Under the pieces are notes generated by a model that searched no databases, was not told the DNA's origin, and saw only the letters and a program-made list of their open reading frames with translations. Of a DNA stretch of 64,000 nt, positions 10,322 through 23,391 are shown in pieces (position 1 is the first letter of the stretch; each line of letters opens with the position of its first letter). The stretch comes from Bugula neritina. Lineage: Eukaryota; Animalia; Bryozoa. Both the position numbers and the translations under genes were made by a program. The DNA lies in assembly GCA_964035545.1 (NCBI GenBank), contig OZ037765.1, positions 4,970,698-5,034,697 on the forward strand, given 5' to 3'.

Positions 10322-13300
10322 ATGATCCAGTCTATGCTAGGATATGGTAGATCGTTAGCAAGAGCTCTAATCGCTACAAGTACTGGTACATCAACTTCTG
10401 AAAGCCAGACTTTTTCAACTCAGCTTCACAAAGCTAACCAGCCACACGTTCATTTGTTATCTGCTGTTGCAGGATTTTCAAAGCAACTGGACAAATCTAC
10501 TCAAAAGTCTAATTGGAGTTTCGGTGAAGATGCTTATTTCTTAGCTCACCACCGTAAAGCTAGTGTCATTGGTGAGTACCACTACCACTAGACGGAGACC
10601 TAGTACTACTACTACTACTACTAGTAGTAGTACTACTACTAGGTCCAGTACAACTAGTAGTAGTACTACTACTACTGTTACGGTATCAGCATGTACCTGT
10701 AGCTGTACTAAATGTCATTATTTGTTATTTTCATTAATGATTTTCATTTTCACTGAGTGATTATCATTATCATTATGATTATGAGCTCATTGTGATTGTC
10801 ATAATGATAATCATAATTGTAAACTGCTGCATTGCCAATATAAAATATTCATATTGATTTTCATATTCATATTGTATTGTTAACAGTTGCCTTACAGTTA
10901 TCGTGATACTCTATTGGTATTACATTTAGTTTTACTGACTCTTGGTTCTAACTTTGTTGATAATAATTCTATAAAATTATATGCTTAATTTTATTTTTAA
11001 TAGTAAAACTAGAGTGAAAATAATAACAATAGTACTAATTGATAAAGTAATGCTAATACCAGCAGTCAGCATCATGTTAATTTTGAATATGATATTCATA
11101 TTGGTCTATAAGTTGAAGTAGACTCAAAGTTAAAATTACATCTAACATCAAGATGAATGTTGATAATTAATGTGATACTCATAAATATAAATAATTAAAT
11201 GTGATACGCTGTTTGTGGCTAAATTGTTTTTAGTTTTCTACTTATAGTCTATAAATATGGCATTTCTATTAAAGTTAGAATGTTTCAATCACTGTAATAG
11301 TTGTAAATGTGATACATGACTCTTGGTCAGCGTGAAACTAAAGTGAATGTGTGATTATCCTATGATTATAGTCACATCCTTGCCTTCAATTATATTCATT
11401 AATTACATGAAACCAGTGTGATACTGGGTATCATCATAGCCACTAGTATGAATATAACTGTCATTGTGAGATTAAAACTGATCTAATTTTATTAATTGAG
11501 AAAACTTCTGCAAAACTTAAGTTTTCATATTAATTTGATTGTAATGGCTTTTCTTGTGGGGTAAAGTGCCGGTAAGCTTTAATAGTGATTTTTTTGTGCA
11601 AGTGGCTGCTGATTGCCGGTGAAAACCATAAGTGGATATAATGTGCTAGCTATTCAATCAATGTTTTAGTAAATATACTTCTTATATTTAATTAGTTATA
11701 GTTGATGTATTATCTTTGTTAAAGGATTAACATTAAAGTCCATTTATTAATTAAGCATATACAGTCTAAACTACTAGTGGCAATAGATCTAAATGAGAAA
11801 TGGCCGAAATGTCATATTAGGGGGGGGGGGTTCTTACAAGAATGGAGAAGTTAAATACAGATGACCATATAATATACATTTAGTAGCAGTGTCTACTGTT
11901 GGTTTTCTATTTGAGGGAGTGTCATGTTTGTAATGTAATCATGTCACACCATGACCCAGTAGTTCTGTCTCCCAATAATCATACTTGGCAGTGGCAAAGC
12001 ATCCTAATCTAACAACCAACCAGTACCAAAATACCTATGTGTATTTTGGTACTGGTTGGTCATTTGCTCCTTGCACCTCACAACTTGGAACTCATACATC
12101 ACATATAATTTGTTAGAGCATACTTTCTGAAGTCAATGTAATTTTCACAAAAGATTTGCCCACAAGCTGCCCTTTAAGTTTATAGAAAGTTGCAGAAAAT
12201 ATGGTATTGCAAGTCCAATGTATAAAATAATACACACATGGTGTGAACAGCTGGAAATCTGTCATACAATTCAACAACTAAATACCAACATACTTCTAAT
12301 CAATATATTATTTTAGAAGTCTTGTCTACTATGGTTGTATTGATTTTTTTATTAAGAATGTTGTAAAAATATAATATAATAAATTTCCCCTAAACTACCC
12401 ATTAAGCTAGAACAGTGTGTTGATGGTATGAAATATTTAACATATGCTTGCTTGTTTATCAGTTACAAAAATACTAGCAAGTCTTATTAAAATGTGACAT
12501 CTGTTGGTTTCTAGCCCTCTAATTGTATTTTGCTAAAATCTCAACCATTAATTTTGCCGACAACCTAATTATTCATTACACCAGTTTATTGTGCTGGTTA
12601 GTTATGTTTGTTCATTAAACTGTAAATGCTAATGTGCAGGTTAGTGGTTGTTTAGCTTAATAACAATGTCAAGATTTGTCCCTGCTAATTAATGAGTTTG
12701 GTGTGGCAATTAGACTTTAACAATAATAATAAACAGACTTGGTGTTTCCCAGATAAGCTAAAGACCTGGTGTTGTAGGTGTGGCAGATGGTGTGGGTGGG
12801 TGGAGAGAGTATGGAATAGATCCATCTCTGGTACCGCAGACTATAATGTCTTTGTGTGCTCGGCTGGTGGAGAGAGGAAAATTTTCACCCGCCTGTCCTG
12901 ATGAGCTGCTTGAAAACTCGTATGAAGAGGCGTTGTTATTGAAAAATGAGGCAATGGGTAAGAAATAGACAATTGGTTGAGAAGCATTTAATGTTTTGTA
13001 TATGCAATATATTTTATTAAAATACTACCATATAGATGATTAACTAAACCAATTAGCGTGTAGATGATTTCAAAAATATATATTGCACAGTTATTCTAAA
13101 ATCACTGTAAAGACTATGTCAGTTTGTGATGGTAGAGTTTTCCAAATTGAAATTTTCTGTAAGACGATTTCAAACAAATTTCGGGAAAAAGAATTGTATA
13201 AATGTTAAAATTGCAGTATAAATAATTTCGGTGGGCTCTGTAAATGTTATGATTAAATGACCTCTTGCACATGCATGAATCTAGTCTAATGAATATTAGT

Positions 13301-16300
13301 TTCTATGCTGGGAAGATTGATGATAGAGGTTAGTAGTGTTACATAGCTGTCAGTAACATGAAGGTGGGCTACATGAAGGCGGGCTACATGAAGGCGGGTA
13401 ACATGGCAATAAATTGGTGTTTCAGGGAGTACGACGGCCTGTATCATATCACTAGACACTGAAGCCAGTAAACTGTACACAGCTAACCTAGGGGACAGTG
13501 GCTACATGGTGGTGCGTAACGGCAGGATCTTAGCCAGGTCTCAGGAGCAACAGCACTACTTCAATTCTCCATTCCAACTCACTCTAGTTCCACCTGCTTA
13601 CCGAGGTCGTGTGCTCAGTGACAGGTATACAACTCACTCTAGTTCCACCTGCTTACCGAGGTCGTGTGCTCAGTGACAGGTATATAACTCACTCTAGTTC
13701 CACCTGCTTACCGAGGTCGTGTGCTCAGTGACAGGTATATACCTCACTCTAGTTCCACCTGCTTACCGAGGTCGTGTGCTCAGTGACAGGTATATACCTC
13801 ACTCTGGGAGGGGAGACAATCTGGTTTAATATGTTTATTGCTGATTTTATAATTAGTACAGTGCTCCCTGTATATCTCACGGTTCCATATTTCACAACAT
13901 TTCATAGGTCACCAAAAGGGCTTACACCCCTGTTTTGTGGTTTAACTATATGTGTGTATAGGGACAAAATGACCGAATTACATCTGGTATTCTGGTATGT
14001 CACCAATTGATGTTTAGGGACTTGTAGATTAGTGAGATATGGAGGGAGCACTGCATAACATGTGTGACAGTACTCTATGTAGTGCACTATGCAATACTTG
14101 GTATGCAGTGATCTGTGAAATGGATTCACTTGGCAACTACATAGCCATGGGTCCAGTATTACAGTAAATACTTTCCAGTCATCAATCAAAGCAACTCCTG
14201 ACATGGTTTAATTACTGAACAAAATATTACTTCATTTGGTGGGACTCAATTAATCTGTTTGATGTGAGGAATAGAACACTTAATGAGTTTTAGGAAATAT
14301 GTTTAGCTTATGCATGTAATAAACTTTCTTTTATACCTGCTGTGTATGTTATTATGAATACTAGAGAGTAGAGTATGTTGTAGAGTACATGTACTGGGAT
14401 AGCAGGTTAACCAGGGTTCAGATACCCCTAGTGATACAGTAGAATGCTTCCTATAGTAACTAGTATTTGTACATTAGTACCCAGCCTATCATCCTTCTTA
14501 GATCATTACCTCTTACCTTGCATATAATAACTTCAAATAGTTCATCAGGTAATGTAATGAAGTAATGCATGAACAACATAATTCTATACTTATAATATCA
14601 GGCTGTACATTAACTACAGAAGTAAACTGTATATATGTAGTGTAAACTTTAACTTGAATTAATTAATTATTGTGGTAAAAAGAAATCCTACCATAAAATA
14701 GTTTTATGTAACTGTTAGGTTAATGTTGTTCTGTTATATAATATGTATCTAATTAAACATAATACCAATCATGATTGCTTCCTCCATGGAAATCTGCTAA
14801 CGAAATGTTTTAAGGAATAAAATAATTATGTTGTACAGTATCTATAGCCCCTGGTAATTAGTTTATTGGTGCAGTAACTTGTTTGATCTTATCATTTTAT
14901 CTATTCTATCATTCCACTACCTGTCAGAACAATTATCTCAGGTGTGTTGCATAGGCAAATATATTCTCCTTTTTCTAATACTATACCTGGTGGACAGGAT
15001 TGAAATTTTAGATATAGGTATTAAAGTGTTTTGATATTCACTGACAATAGAGTTGCGTGTTGTTGTAAATAGATCTTCTATATAGCTGGTTGAAGATCTT
15101 CCAAGAAAAATATAATACTGTGCTTTCAAAAACATCTGAATCATTAGAAGTTTTTATTACATTGGTTGAAAAATTATCTATTTACAAGCAAAAATGTATG
15201 GTTCTTTACAATGTTTACTGTAAAAATGGTATAACAAAGAGTTTCAATTTTTTATTGAATACACAAACTTTCCAGAAAAAATCCCAATTTCATTTTTGTG
15301 TTTTCCGTAAAAATGTGGACAGGCTTTATGATGCTTCTATGATATCACGACAAGATAAATCTGTCACAGCAATTCACATAAATAACTGACTAAGTTAAGT
15401 ATAGGTAAAGAGTATCAAGTCACTCTTTCAGTATGTACTGTGTGCTGCTTGTAGCCCGTCACAAGCAGTTAAACAGTCGGTGAGTGTACTGGAAGGAGAT
15501 ATCATTCTAGTGGCAACTGATGGTCTGTTTGATAATATGACTGACTCCATGATACTCCAACACCTCACTGCAGTCAAGGTAATCTACTGTCAACTCTTGG
15601 CTCAGTACACTCGTTAGATGTGCTGTGACATGTTGGGGGGGGGGGTAAAGAGATAGAGGTTGTTCGTGTCCGTTTAATGCCCTTTGACTTGTGGATTAGC
15701 TGGGAGATAAATAGCAACATAACACTTTGCTAAAAGATAGCGGTAGTTTATTCTTACCCATGAGTGATTTGGCTACTGAAAAATGGAGGCTGCATCAAGT
15801 ATGTTGGTCAATTTGATTTCGTCGCACATACCTGTTGACTAATCACAGCTTCCTAAACATATCATGTCTGTATAGTGTACTAGTAGCACCTTGCTCTAGT
15901 GTCAAGTTAACCAGTGCCCAGCTACAACATAGAATATGTGACTATGGGTTGTCATAGTGTTTGTGAAACCCTTCCTTTAGCCTACTAGTTCTACTACTAC
16001 TAGTTCTACTACTACTACTACTAGTTCTACTACTACTACTACTAGTTCTACTACTGCTACTAGCTCAGAGAAGGAAAGGGGCCCACAGTTTTTAATCAAA
16101 CGTGCTGCAATATGCTAATATAGGATGCTTAGTGTAAATGTGTGTGCAAGATGTTGAAGTTTCTAATAATAATGAGTATATGATTTATGATTGTAGCATA
16201 GACAGAAGGACTCCATTCAATCTACGGCCAACATGATAGCTAGAGAAGCCAGAGACCTGTCCAATGACCCGGCCTATGATTCCCCTTTTGCAAAGGCTGC

Positions 16301-17204
16301 AGCTAGCAACGGCTATCACATGCAGGGTCAGTGGTCTGCCATATAAATTCTCTGTTTACACTATCTTTGACCATACAACCTAAGTTATGGGCTATTGGTA
16401 GCCAAGGTATGTGGAATCTGGTGATTTCATCCCACAATTTGACTGCATATTATTCTATCATTATCTTTAGTTTAGCCTGGAAATAGTGAAGGGATATTAA
16501 TTTCAGCTTTACTGAGCTGTTTCCATTCCAGACATAAACTTGTCACTACAATCTAACTAGCTCTCTCATTGGTCATCTCACCCACTCTATCACGGCAGTC
16601 CTACTGTACCACACTAGTTCCCACCCTCTTCATTCTTCCTAGTGTTTCAAGTACTCCTTTCTATGTCCATGCTTTATCTTGTCACATTAGAGTACATGGT
16701 ATTTAGTAAAGTAAGTGGGTAAATTATATTATACGAAAATCATTGACTAGAGGTTGATCTATATTGCGAATAAACCAAGACTCCCCTAGATTTCTTTGCA
16801 GTATCCCTGCAGAGGGGTTCAAGGGTGTTCGCCATGTGATGTACTGTGCTCCCTCTGTATCTCACGGTTCCATTTCTCAAGCAATTCCAAATGTCGCGAG
16901 AAGGCTTGGACCCTCATTTTGTGGCTTATGCATGTGTATAGGGACAAAATGGCTGAATTTAACAGATCCATGAGATAAATCTGGTATTTTATATGTCACG
17001 AATCGAGACTTTGGGATCCGCAGCTTAGTGAGATACAGAGGGAGCATTTTAGTAAGCTGGCTTGTCTCAAGATATATTTTACATGCTCAGTGTTAAGTAT
17101 TCTTCTGATTATTCTCGTGTGTAGGGGGAAAGCCTGATGACATCACAGTGTTGATAGCTACGGTCAACAGTGGAGAGTTTGGGGAGTTTTCTTCACCACT
17201 ATGA
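10322..17204 (+). CDS. PPTC7: Protein phosphatase PTC7 homolog (PP2C family); exons 10322-10571, 12778-12957, 13426-13624, 15455-15578, 16197-16326, 17125-17204
   Basis: Spliced product has [60 protein letters not shown] and GGKPDDITV; all junction phases agree; the N-terminus resembles a mitochondrial presequence. Confidence 0.95.
10577..10680. repeat. (ACT/AGT)n microsatellite at the start of PPTC7 intron 1
   Basis: actactactact...agtagtagt runs; a similar tract sits at 15984-16062. Confidence 0.85.
13575..13805 (+). repeat. 55-bp tandem repeat (~4.2 copies) spanning the PPTC7 exon 3 donor
   Basis: Unit AACTCACTCTAGTTCCACCTGCTTACCGAGGTCGTGTGCTCAGTGACAGGTATA(C/T) starts at 13576, 13631, 13686 and 13741. 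Confidence 0.95.
13859..14053. mobile_element. Tc1/mariner-type MITE
   Basis: TA|CAGTGCTCCCTGTATATCTCAC ... GTGAGATATGGAGGGAGCACTG terminal inverted repeats; second copy at 16844-17050. Confidence 0.75.
16844..17050. mobile_element. Tc1/mariner-type MITE, second copy of the 13859-14053 family
   Basis: TA|CTGTGCTCCCTCTGTATCTCAC...GTGAGATACAGAGGGAGCA; internal sequence colinear with the first copy (GTGTATAGGGACAAAAT, ATCTGGTATT). Confidence 0.75.
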
Positions 17205-18023
17205 TGTAACTATGTCAGATAGGTTTGCTATTGTAGTAGTACAACACTAGCATTTGTACATAATATCTAGTTTGTAAAGTGATCAGCGTGCTGTTGCCGT
17301 GCATAGGATAGGATTTCTAAGATATCAAAACCATGTTGAGTGATGCAACATGTTATGCATATTGTTGAGTTGGTTTTTATTGTTATACAATGTAATAGGA
17401 AACTAGGCGAGTGGACAGGAGTGATTCATGTAACTTCTTTAACTTACACCAATTGTTATACTTTTGCTCATTGTACTTCTTACCGAATGCTAATACATGT
17501 TGATTTTACTGCAGTATTTCATTGTTGTAGGAAGTTTGATGCAGTTTATATTATTATCAAATGTATTTCTTAATATAAATTAGTAAAGGAAATGAAACCC
17601 AGCCAAAGTTGAGCAGCACCTGCAGTATATAATCAGAGTAAACATGGTAATGAAATGGCAAGTTGGCTTGATTGTTCTTCTTTGACTTGATTTCCTTTTC
17701 TTTCCTGATTATCAGATTTGTGCCAATAATTATGAGCTCATATTGACAAACTCTAACCACACTCATCTACATAATCTTTTATTGTAATGTATTTTTACCA
17801 AAGAATCTACTAGTTTAATTATTTTATTTTAAAAATAATTTGATAACTTTTTATAAAAATAAAACAAAATTGTACAAAAATAAAACTGTATTTCAACTCA
17901 GAACTGAATTTATGCACAACTAGTAAAATGTGAAAAAATAACTAACTAAAATATCAACAGTAGGTGATAAATCTATAATACAATGTCAGTGAGCATGCAT
18001 GTCAGTTTGGTAACAGGTTTTGT

Positions 18024-21000
18024 TCAGTCATCTTCACTATCTTCAGCTAATATTTCATCTAAAAATGCCTGAGATTTTGATTGGGTCTTTACTGAAGGTG
18101 TCTTGTTGAAAAATAACAACTTTGCCTGTAAAAAAAATATTGCGAAAGAACCAAACAGATGAATGGTGTTTGTAAACACTCCAGTCTGCTTTATTTGTCA
18201 TTATGACAAGGGAATTGCAACTTGGCTGATTGCCCATATTCATTACTAATCCTGATAGTATGGGTTCAAAGTGCACACATAATACTGTGAAATATTATTG
18301 GGAGTTGTCTATGAAATAAAACTGGTAAGCAGAGGAAAGGCAAGTTGACAATAAATTGTCAGTTTCAAATTTATTGTCATTTTGCAAGACTTTGAAAAAA
18401 AATTGTGCCAAAGCAATGAATTAAATTTTATCCATATATAAATTCATAATGATTATAATTTGTTTATTAGTCATTACTGTGATCACATGCAACTTTCACG
18501 CTCAACTCTTCTAGAAATACAAACCGACAGTGTAATTTCGAGGCTATAGCAGTGTTCACTTTTACAACATGCAACCAACTCAAATGTCCAGCTATGTGAC
18601 AAGCCTTACTCATTAACTTAGAATTCACAAGAAAAAGAAGATAATTCCAGGATCCAATAAGAATAGTATATTTACATACCTTTTTCGTTAAAGGTTCTAT
18701 AGTGCTACTATCATCAATCTCCTTTATCAATTCATCAATATCATCCGGAGGCTAAAATAATATATTTTCAACTTATTAGTATAATTTACAGCACCAATAT
18801 CAAACAATAAGAATGCTGCATAGAGACAAGGGGAGACAAACCTTGGATGTTGTAGCTTTGCTATTAGTGTCTAGTAGAGTGATAGATGTATCATTCATGA
18901 GAGAGTTGAGTTTTGGCTTGACTTTTACTTCAGAAGTTGAGTGAGATGGAAGTGATGTTGGAACTTTACTAGAGATTTTCCTGTTTTCTTCCTTACTAGT
19001 TCTATTACACGAATCACAATGATAGTATTTAACTTCAGCATTCTTTATAATTTAGTTACTTGCAGTTAATATAACTTGGCTTTCTTTAAAAAATGTCTTT
19101 TCAACCATTAATTATAATTTTTTAAAATAAATCAGTGATAAGTACAACTTTACAAAAACTTCAGTTACTTTCAAATTTAATAAATTATACATGTTATACC
19201 TGTCAGCAGGAAATAGAATGGAGTCTATGGGTCCGGCATTTGAAGAAATTCTACCAATAAATTTTTGGTTAACTGTTGAAGGTTTAGTACTACTTGTTGA
19301 AGGCTTGGTATTACTTGTTGAAGGCTTGGTATTACTTGTTGAAGGCTTAGTGTAGTTGGAGTTAGAATTAACTTTATCACGAATGTTGGAAACATTTGAT
19401 ATGGTGGAGGTATTGGCAGCAGCCTGACAGCTGCCAACACTGGATTGAGATAAACTCTCAGAAATCGTAGATATTATGAAGACCATTTCGAATGTAGGGT
19501 CACTGTCCATGTGAAGAAACATTGGTCTAAAAATACACACAGGCAGCACGTGGAGCAACTGATATGTATTGCAAGAAGAGGACCAAAAGTTCTGCGTTAC
19601 AAGATGTTTACACGATAATTTCACAGCAATGACATCCGTTTAGCTTTTGACTATTCTCGCAACTGTTTCAAGTGCAACAGCTAGAATGTAAACTTTGAAA
19701 GAATACTTGGTCAAAATAAAAACATTTCGGTGCAAATTCTAATATAGTGAAATAATTTTGAAAATATTTACAAGAGAAGACAACTAAACACAGGCTACAT
19801 ATTAGTACAATTATAGACTGAAGACCATTGGCAGAACAAGGACTGTCACTAAAGCTTCTAATCTTAAAGTTAGGCAGTGGTTTGCTGATAAATTCTAGTC
19901 ATAACTACAAAGTTGGTTAGTAAACAGGCCTTTGACCCTGTATAGAAAGAGTTGTATATTACGTAATAACAAATAAAATTAATAAATCAAACAAACTGCA
20001 GATAAATGACTCACTTCCCTGCTTCATCAAAGTATATTGAGAGACTCAAAGCTATAAACTCAGCGAAAGCCAGTGCTGCCTAAAAAATTATACAAAAACA
20101 TGATCACATGAGCCCACCACATAGTATAAACAATCACTTGCCAGTAGCACAGTTAAAAGATGTTTGGTGAACACAAAGTTGCATCATTTATAATTTTTGT
20201 TGCAGCAGTCATTCAACAGAGATGAGAGCTTTTAACTGTCGAAAAACAGAATAGCAAAAAACAAAAATCATATTGAAACCAGCAAAACAACAAATTATAT
20301 AGATTTATCTTCTCCTGTTTCAAAGAGTGGAGTTTTGAAACGCCGCGATGCCTGTACCTTAACTTCCCGTAAATTGAATGAAACGGCCACCTCCAGGGTA
20401 ACTTTGAATTCTTCAAACTCATCACAATTCAAGTTCATTGTTGTGTTGATGTTTTTAAGGGGATCCACTGTGAGACAGACAGACACATGGGCAGTATGAG
20501 TATTATACAGATATACCGACTAGTACCGAAATGTCCTGAAACTTTTCATGCAGACAGACGATTCAATAAAATAATAAAAACATCAACATTGTATACAGGC
20601 ACTGCAGAAACATTTGAAAAGTATTTGTGCTAACTTTTTACTTACCAGCTAATCATGAAAGGTGGTGCAAATCAATCCATCAGCAATCATTCAGAGTGCA
20701 TTGATAAGCATGATTGTACCATGTATATTTTGAACAGTAACCAGTGGTAAATAGAATAGGACATAAACTACACAACATACACACACGCAAATACCACGCA
20801 TGTACACATATATATATTATATAATCTCACCTACATCACCATCTATATAGTTCCTAACAGAAAGGCCTCCTGGTTTAGCTGTTAGAGTTAATTCAGCCAG
20901 ACTGCTAGGAAAACTAGACAAAATATCCATGTATAATCTACAATAAATAAATATAGCACTTCACTCAACATGTAAGCAACGAGCAGTCAAGGCAAAACAT

Positions 21001-23391
21001 CATCTAATCCAGTACAGAGTCACTGGCTTCACATGAATATCAGTTTGACTGTGGACAATTTGACCCGCATTATGCTGAGTATGACTTCATCACTTTGAGC
21101 TTACATGGTTATTTGTTCATATGTAAGAGTGACAGATTATGAAGTGTTAAATCACCTGTCTACAATGTTGAAGGCTACATTCATCACGTCTTTTGATTAA
21201 ATTGATCAAACTACAAATTTTTCTTCTGTTTCAAAAACTTATTGTAATCTTGAACACGCATTACAATGCTAATACAACACTTTGCTCTGCTGGCATTGAA
21301 AATAGTAAACTTGATTATTCAATGCAAATACTGTGTACACTAACAAAAAACTTAATTTTACTATTTTTTTATCACAACTACTTTGTCACTCAACAACTCA
21401 ATTTAAGCTTTCATTGGCAGCCCAATTTTTCAACCTCAACCAGTGAGGGTGACGTCCTTTTCCAGGTACACACATTTCTTGAAAACAATGTTACATTACC
21501 TGTGATTGGCTTTCACCATGTTAGCACACGACCCTTTGGACAATGTACAAATGAGGGGATCTTCTTCCATGTATGTAAGATTATACACCTTTACAATACC
21601 TGCAACACAGTATATGAGTAGTAACCAGAGTGCTAGAATAACCTGCAACACAATATATAGGTAGCAATCAGCATGCTAGAATAACCTGTAACACAATTTA
21701 GTAAGTAAAATAAAAACCTAATAGGATGTACAGGATGGGTGTGTTTGGTGTGACTCAAAATAAAAACTAAAAGAAGTGCAGAATTGACATCGTATTCTAT
21801 AAACAAACACAACATATAGTTTTTGACTGGCTGCATGAATAACACCTCAAATGATGAGTAAATTATACTGAATAACGTAACAAGAACCAGTCTCAAAAAA
21901 CAGATACGCCAGCTTAACATGCACTATGCTCATTCCTGTGAATATAACAATTCTACAATAACTATCTCTCAAAATTCTTGAAACACACTAAAATATAAGT
22001 CATATAACTGAAACATTCAAATTCTATAAAATGAATAGATAAACCAATGAACTTACCCTGTTTGCAGTGTACTGAGAAGACAATGCGAGAGCCGGATTCA
22101 TTGAGTTTGATTACACAGTGCTCAACCAGCTTGTCCATGGAGTTGAGAGACTTGAATACGTTTAAACAGCACTATAATATAAGTATATTATATATACATA
22201 TATTATATATACATATATTATATATACTTATATAATATATATACTTATATATCATATATATAAGTACTTCACAACATTAGTGAAAGCATAAAACTGACTC
22301 TTTTTTATATATTTACAGCCACACCACCTGTGATTACATTTGGGATCGGTAATTACAAAATCTTAAATGTATATGAAACGGGGTAACGGCATTTTTAAAA
22401 GTTGCTGATTGAAAATTATGAAGAAATCAATATTCAATAAATAAACTTTAGATATTGAAAAATGTGTCTGCATATAATGTATTGGCTAGTTACCAAAAAT
22501 GTACAAAGTCTAAAGTCCTAAGTAGCCCAAAATAATTGGGAACCGCAAACACTATATGTTTTTTCACTGAATTATAAAATGCAAGCCCAATAAGTCTGAA
22601 GTTGCCCACCTTTTATGGTTACCACCGTATGATTGGATAACAGTAAACAACTTCTTAACTCTATCATAGCTGCTTTTGCAGAGTTCGAGAATTTTCTGAG
22701 AATCTAACAAGCAGTACCTTTGCGGAGAGGCGGTATCTCGGCGTAGAGTTCTGCTCCACAGGCCTCGGCGAGCCGTCGTCATAGTGATGGAAAAACCTCG
22801 ATTTGAAACAGTAGTATGCCATGCAGCTCTTTGTGGAGTTGACGGCCTTCACCAACAGCTAGACAATACGTAAAGTTTAAAGACATAAGAACAGATTACA
22901 CTGGCTGATACTATATTATCACGTTAGAAAAAGAGCCGCTCATCATGGCATCCTACCTCATCTAAGGTTGGCTCAATGCTGATTTCATCTCCAATTTTTG
23001 CCAAAGATTGGATAGCTTTTCCAAACACTAAAATCAAACAAAAAACTATAATATACTTTTCAACGGCCGATGATTTTTATTTCTCATTTTGAATAAGCAA
23101 GGATTGAAATACAAAAAGCAAAAATAAATAATTATAATGGAAAATTGAATAAAGTAGTTTTGTAGTTATTTTACTCTAATTTTTCATAAATATCTTGCAT
23201 AATAACTATTTAGTTAATAAGTATTTTGTTATAACACAATACTAAACATGTTGAAAGAAGCTACTATCTTGAAGTCATTGTATTATTTCTTTGCCAAGTA
23301 TGATTTAATTATTGTTAACATAAAAATAGGAGACACATTATCACAATGTTGACACACCTTTAATGTTCAAAGCTGGAATCACGCACTTCAT
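18024..23391 (-). CDS. RAD9A: RAD9 checkpoint clamp subunit (9-1-1); exons 23391-23358, 23027-22957, 22858-22718, 22171-22057, 21599-21500, 20937-20831, 20467-20358, 20079-20015, 19526-19200, 19001-18842, 18751-18680, 18125-18024
   Basis: N-terminus MKCVIPALNIKVFGKAIQSLAKIGDEISIEP...LLVKAVNSTKSCMAYYCF aligns with RAD9; FNLREVKAALAFAE...IYFDEAGKP is present; the C-terminus ILAEDSEDD* matches the RAD9A LAEDSE motif (CK2 site bound by TopBP1); phases are consistent across 12 exons. Confidence 0.92.
19270..19352 (-). repeat. Coding 21-bp tandem repeat (TKPSTSN x4) in the RAD9 tail
   Basis: TTGTTGAAGGCTTGGTATTAC-type units; translation TKPSTSNTKPSTSNTKPSTSSTKPST. Confidence 0.85.

Noticed and set aside
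13575-13805. CRISPR-like appearance of regularly spaced repeats
   Set aside because: Head-to-tail tandem repeats without unique spacers, in a eukaryotic context with no cas genes
18467-18730. Cys/His-containing ORF suggesting a separate zinc-finger gene
   Set aside because: Only the first part is a RAD9 exon (18751-18680); the rest is intron read-through
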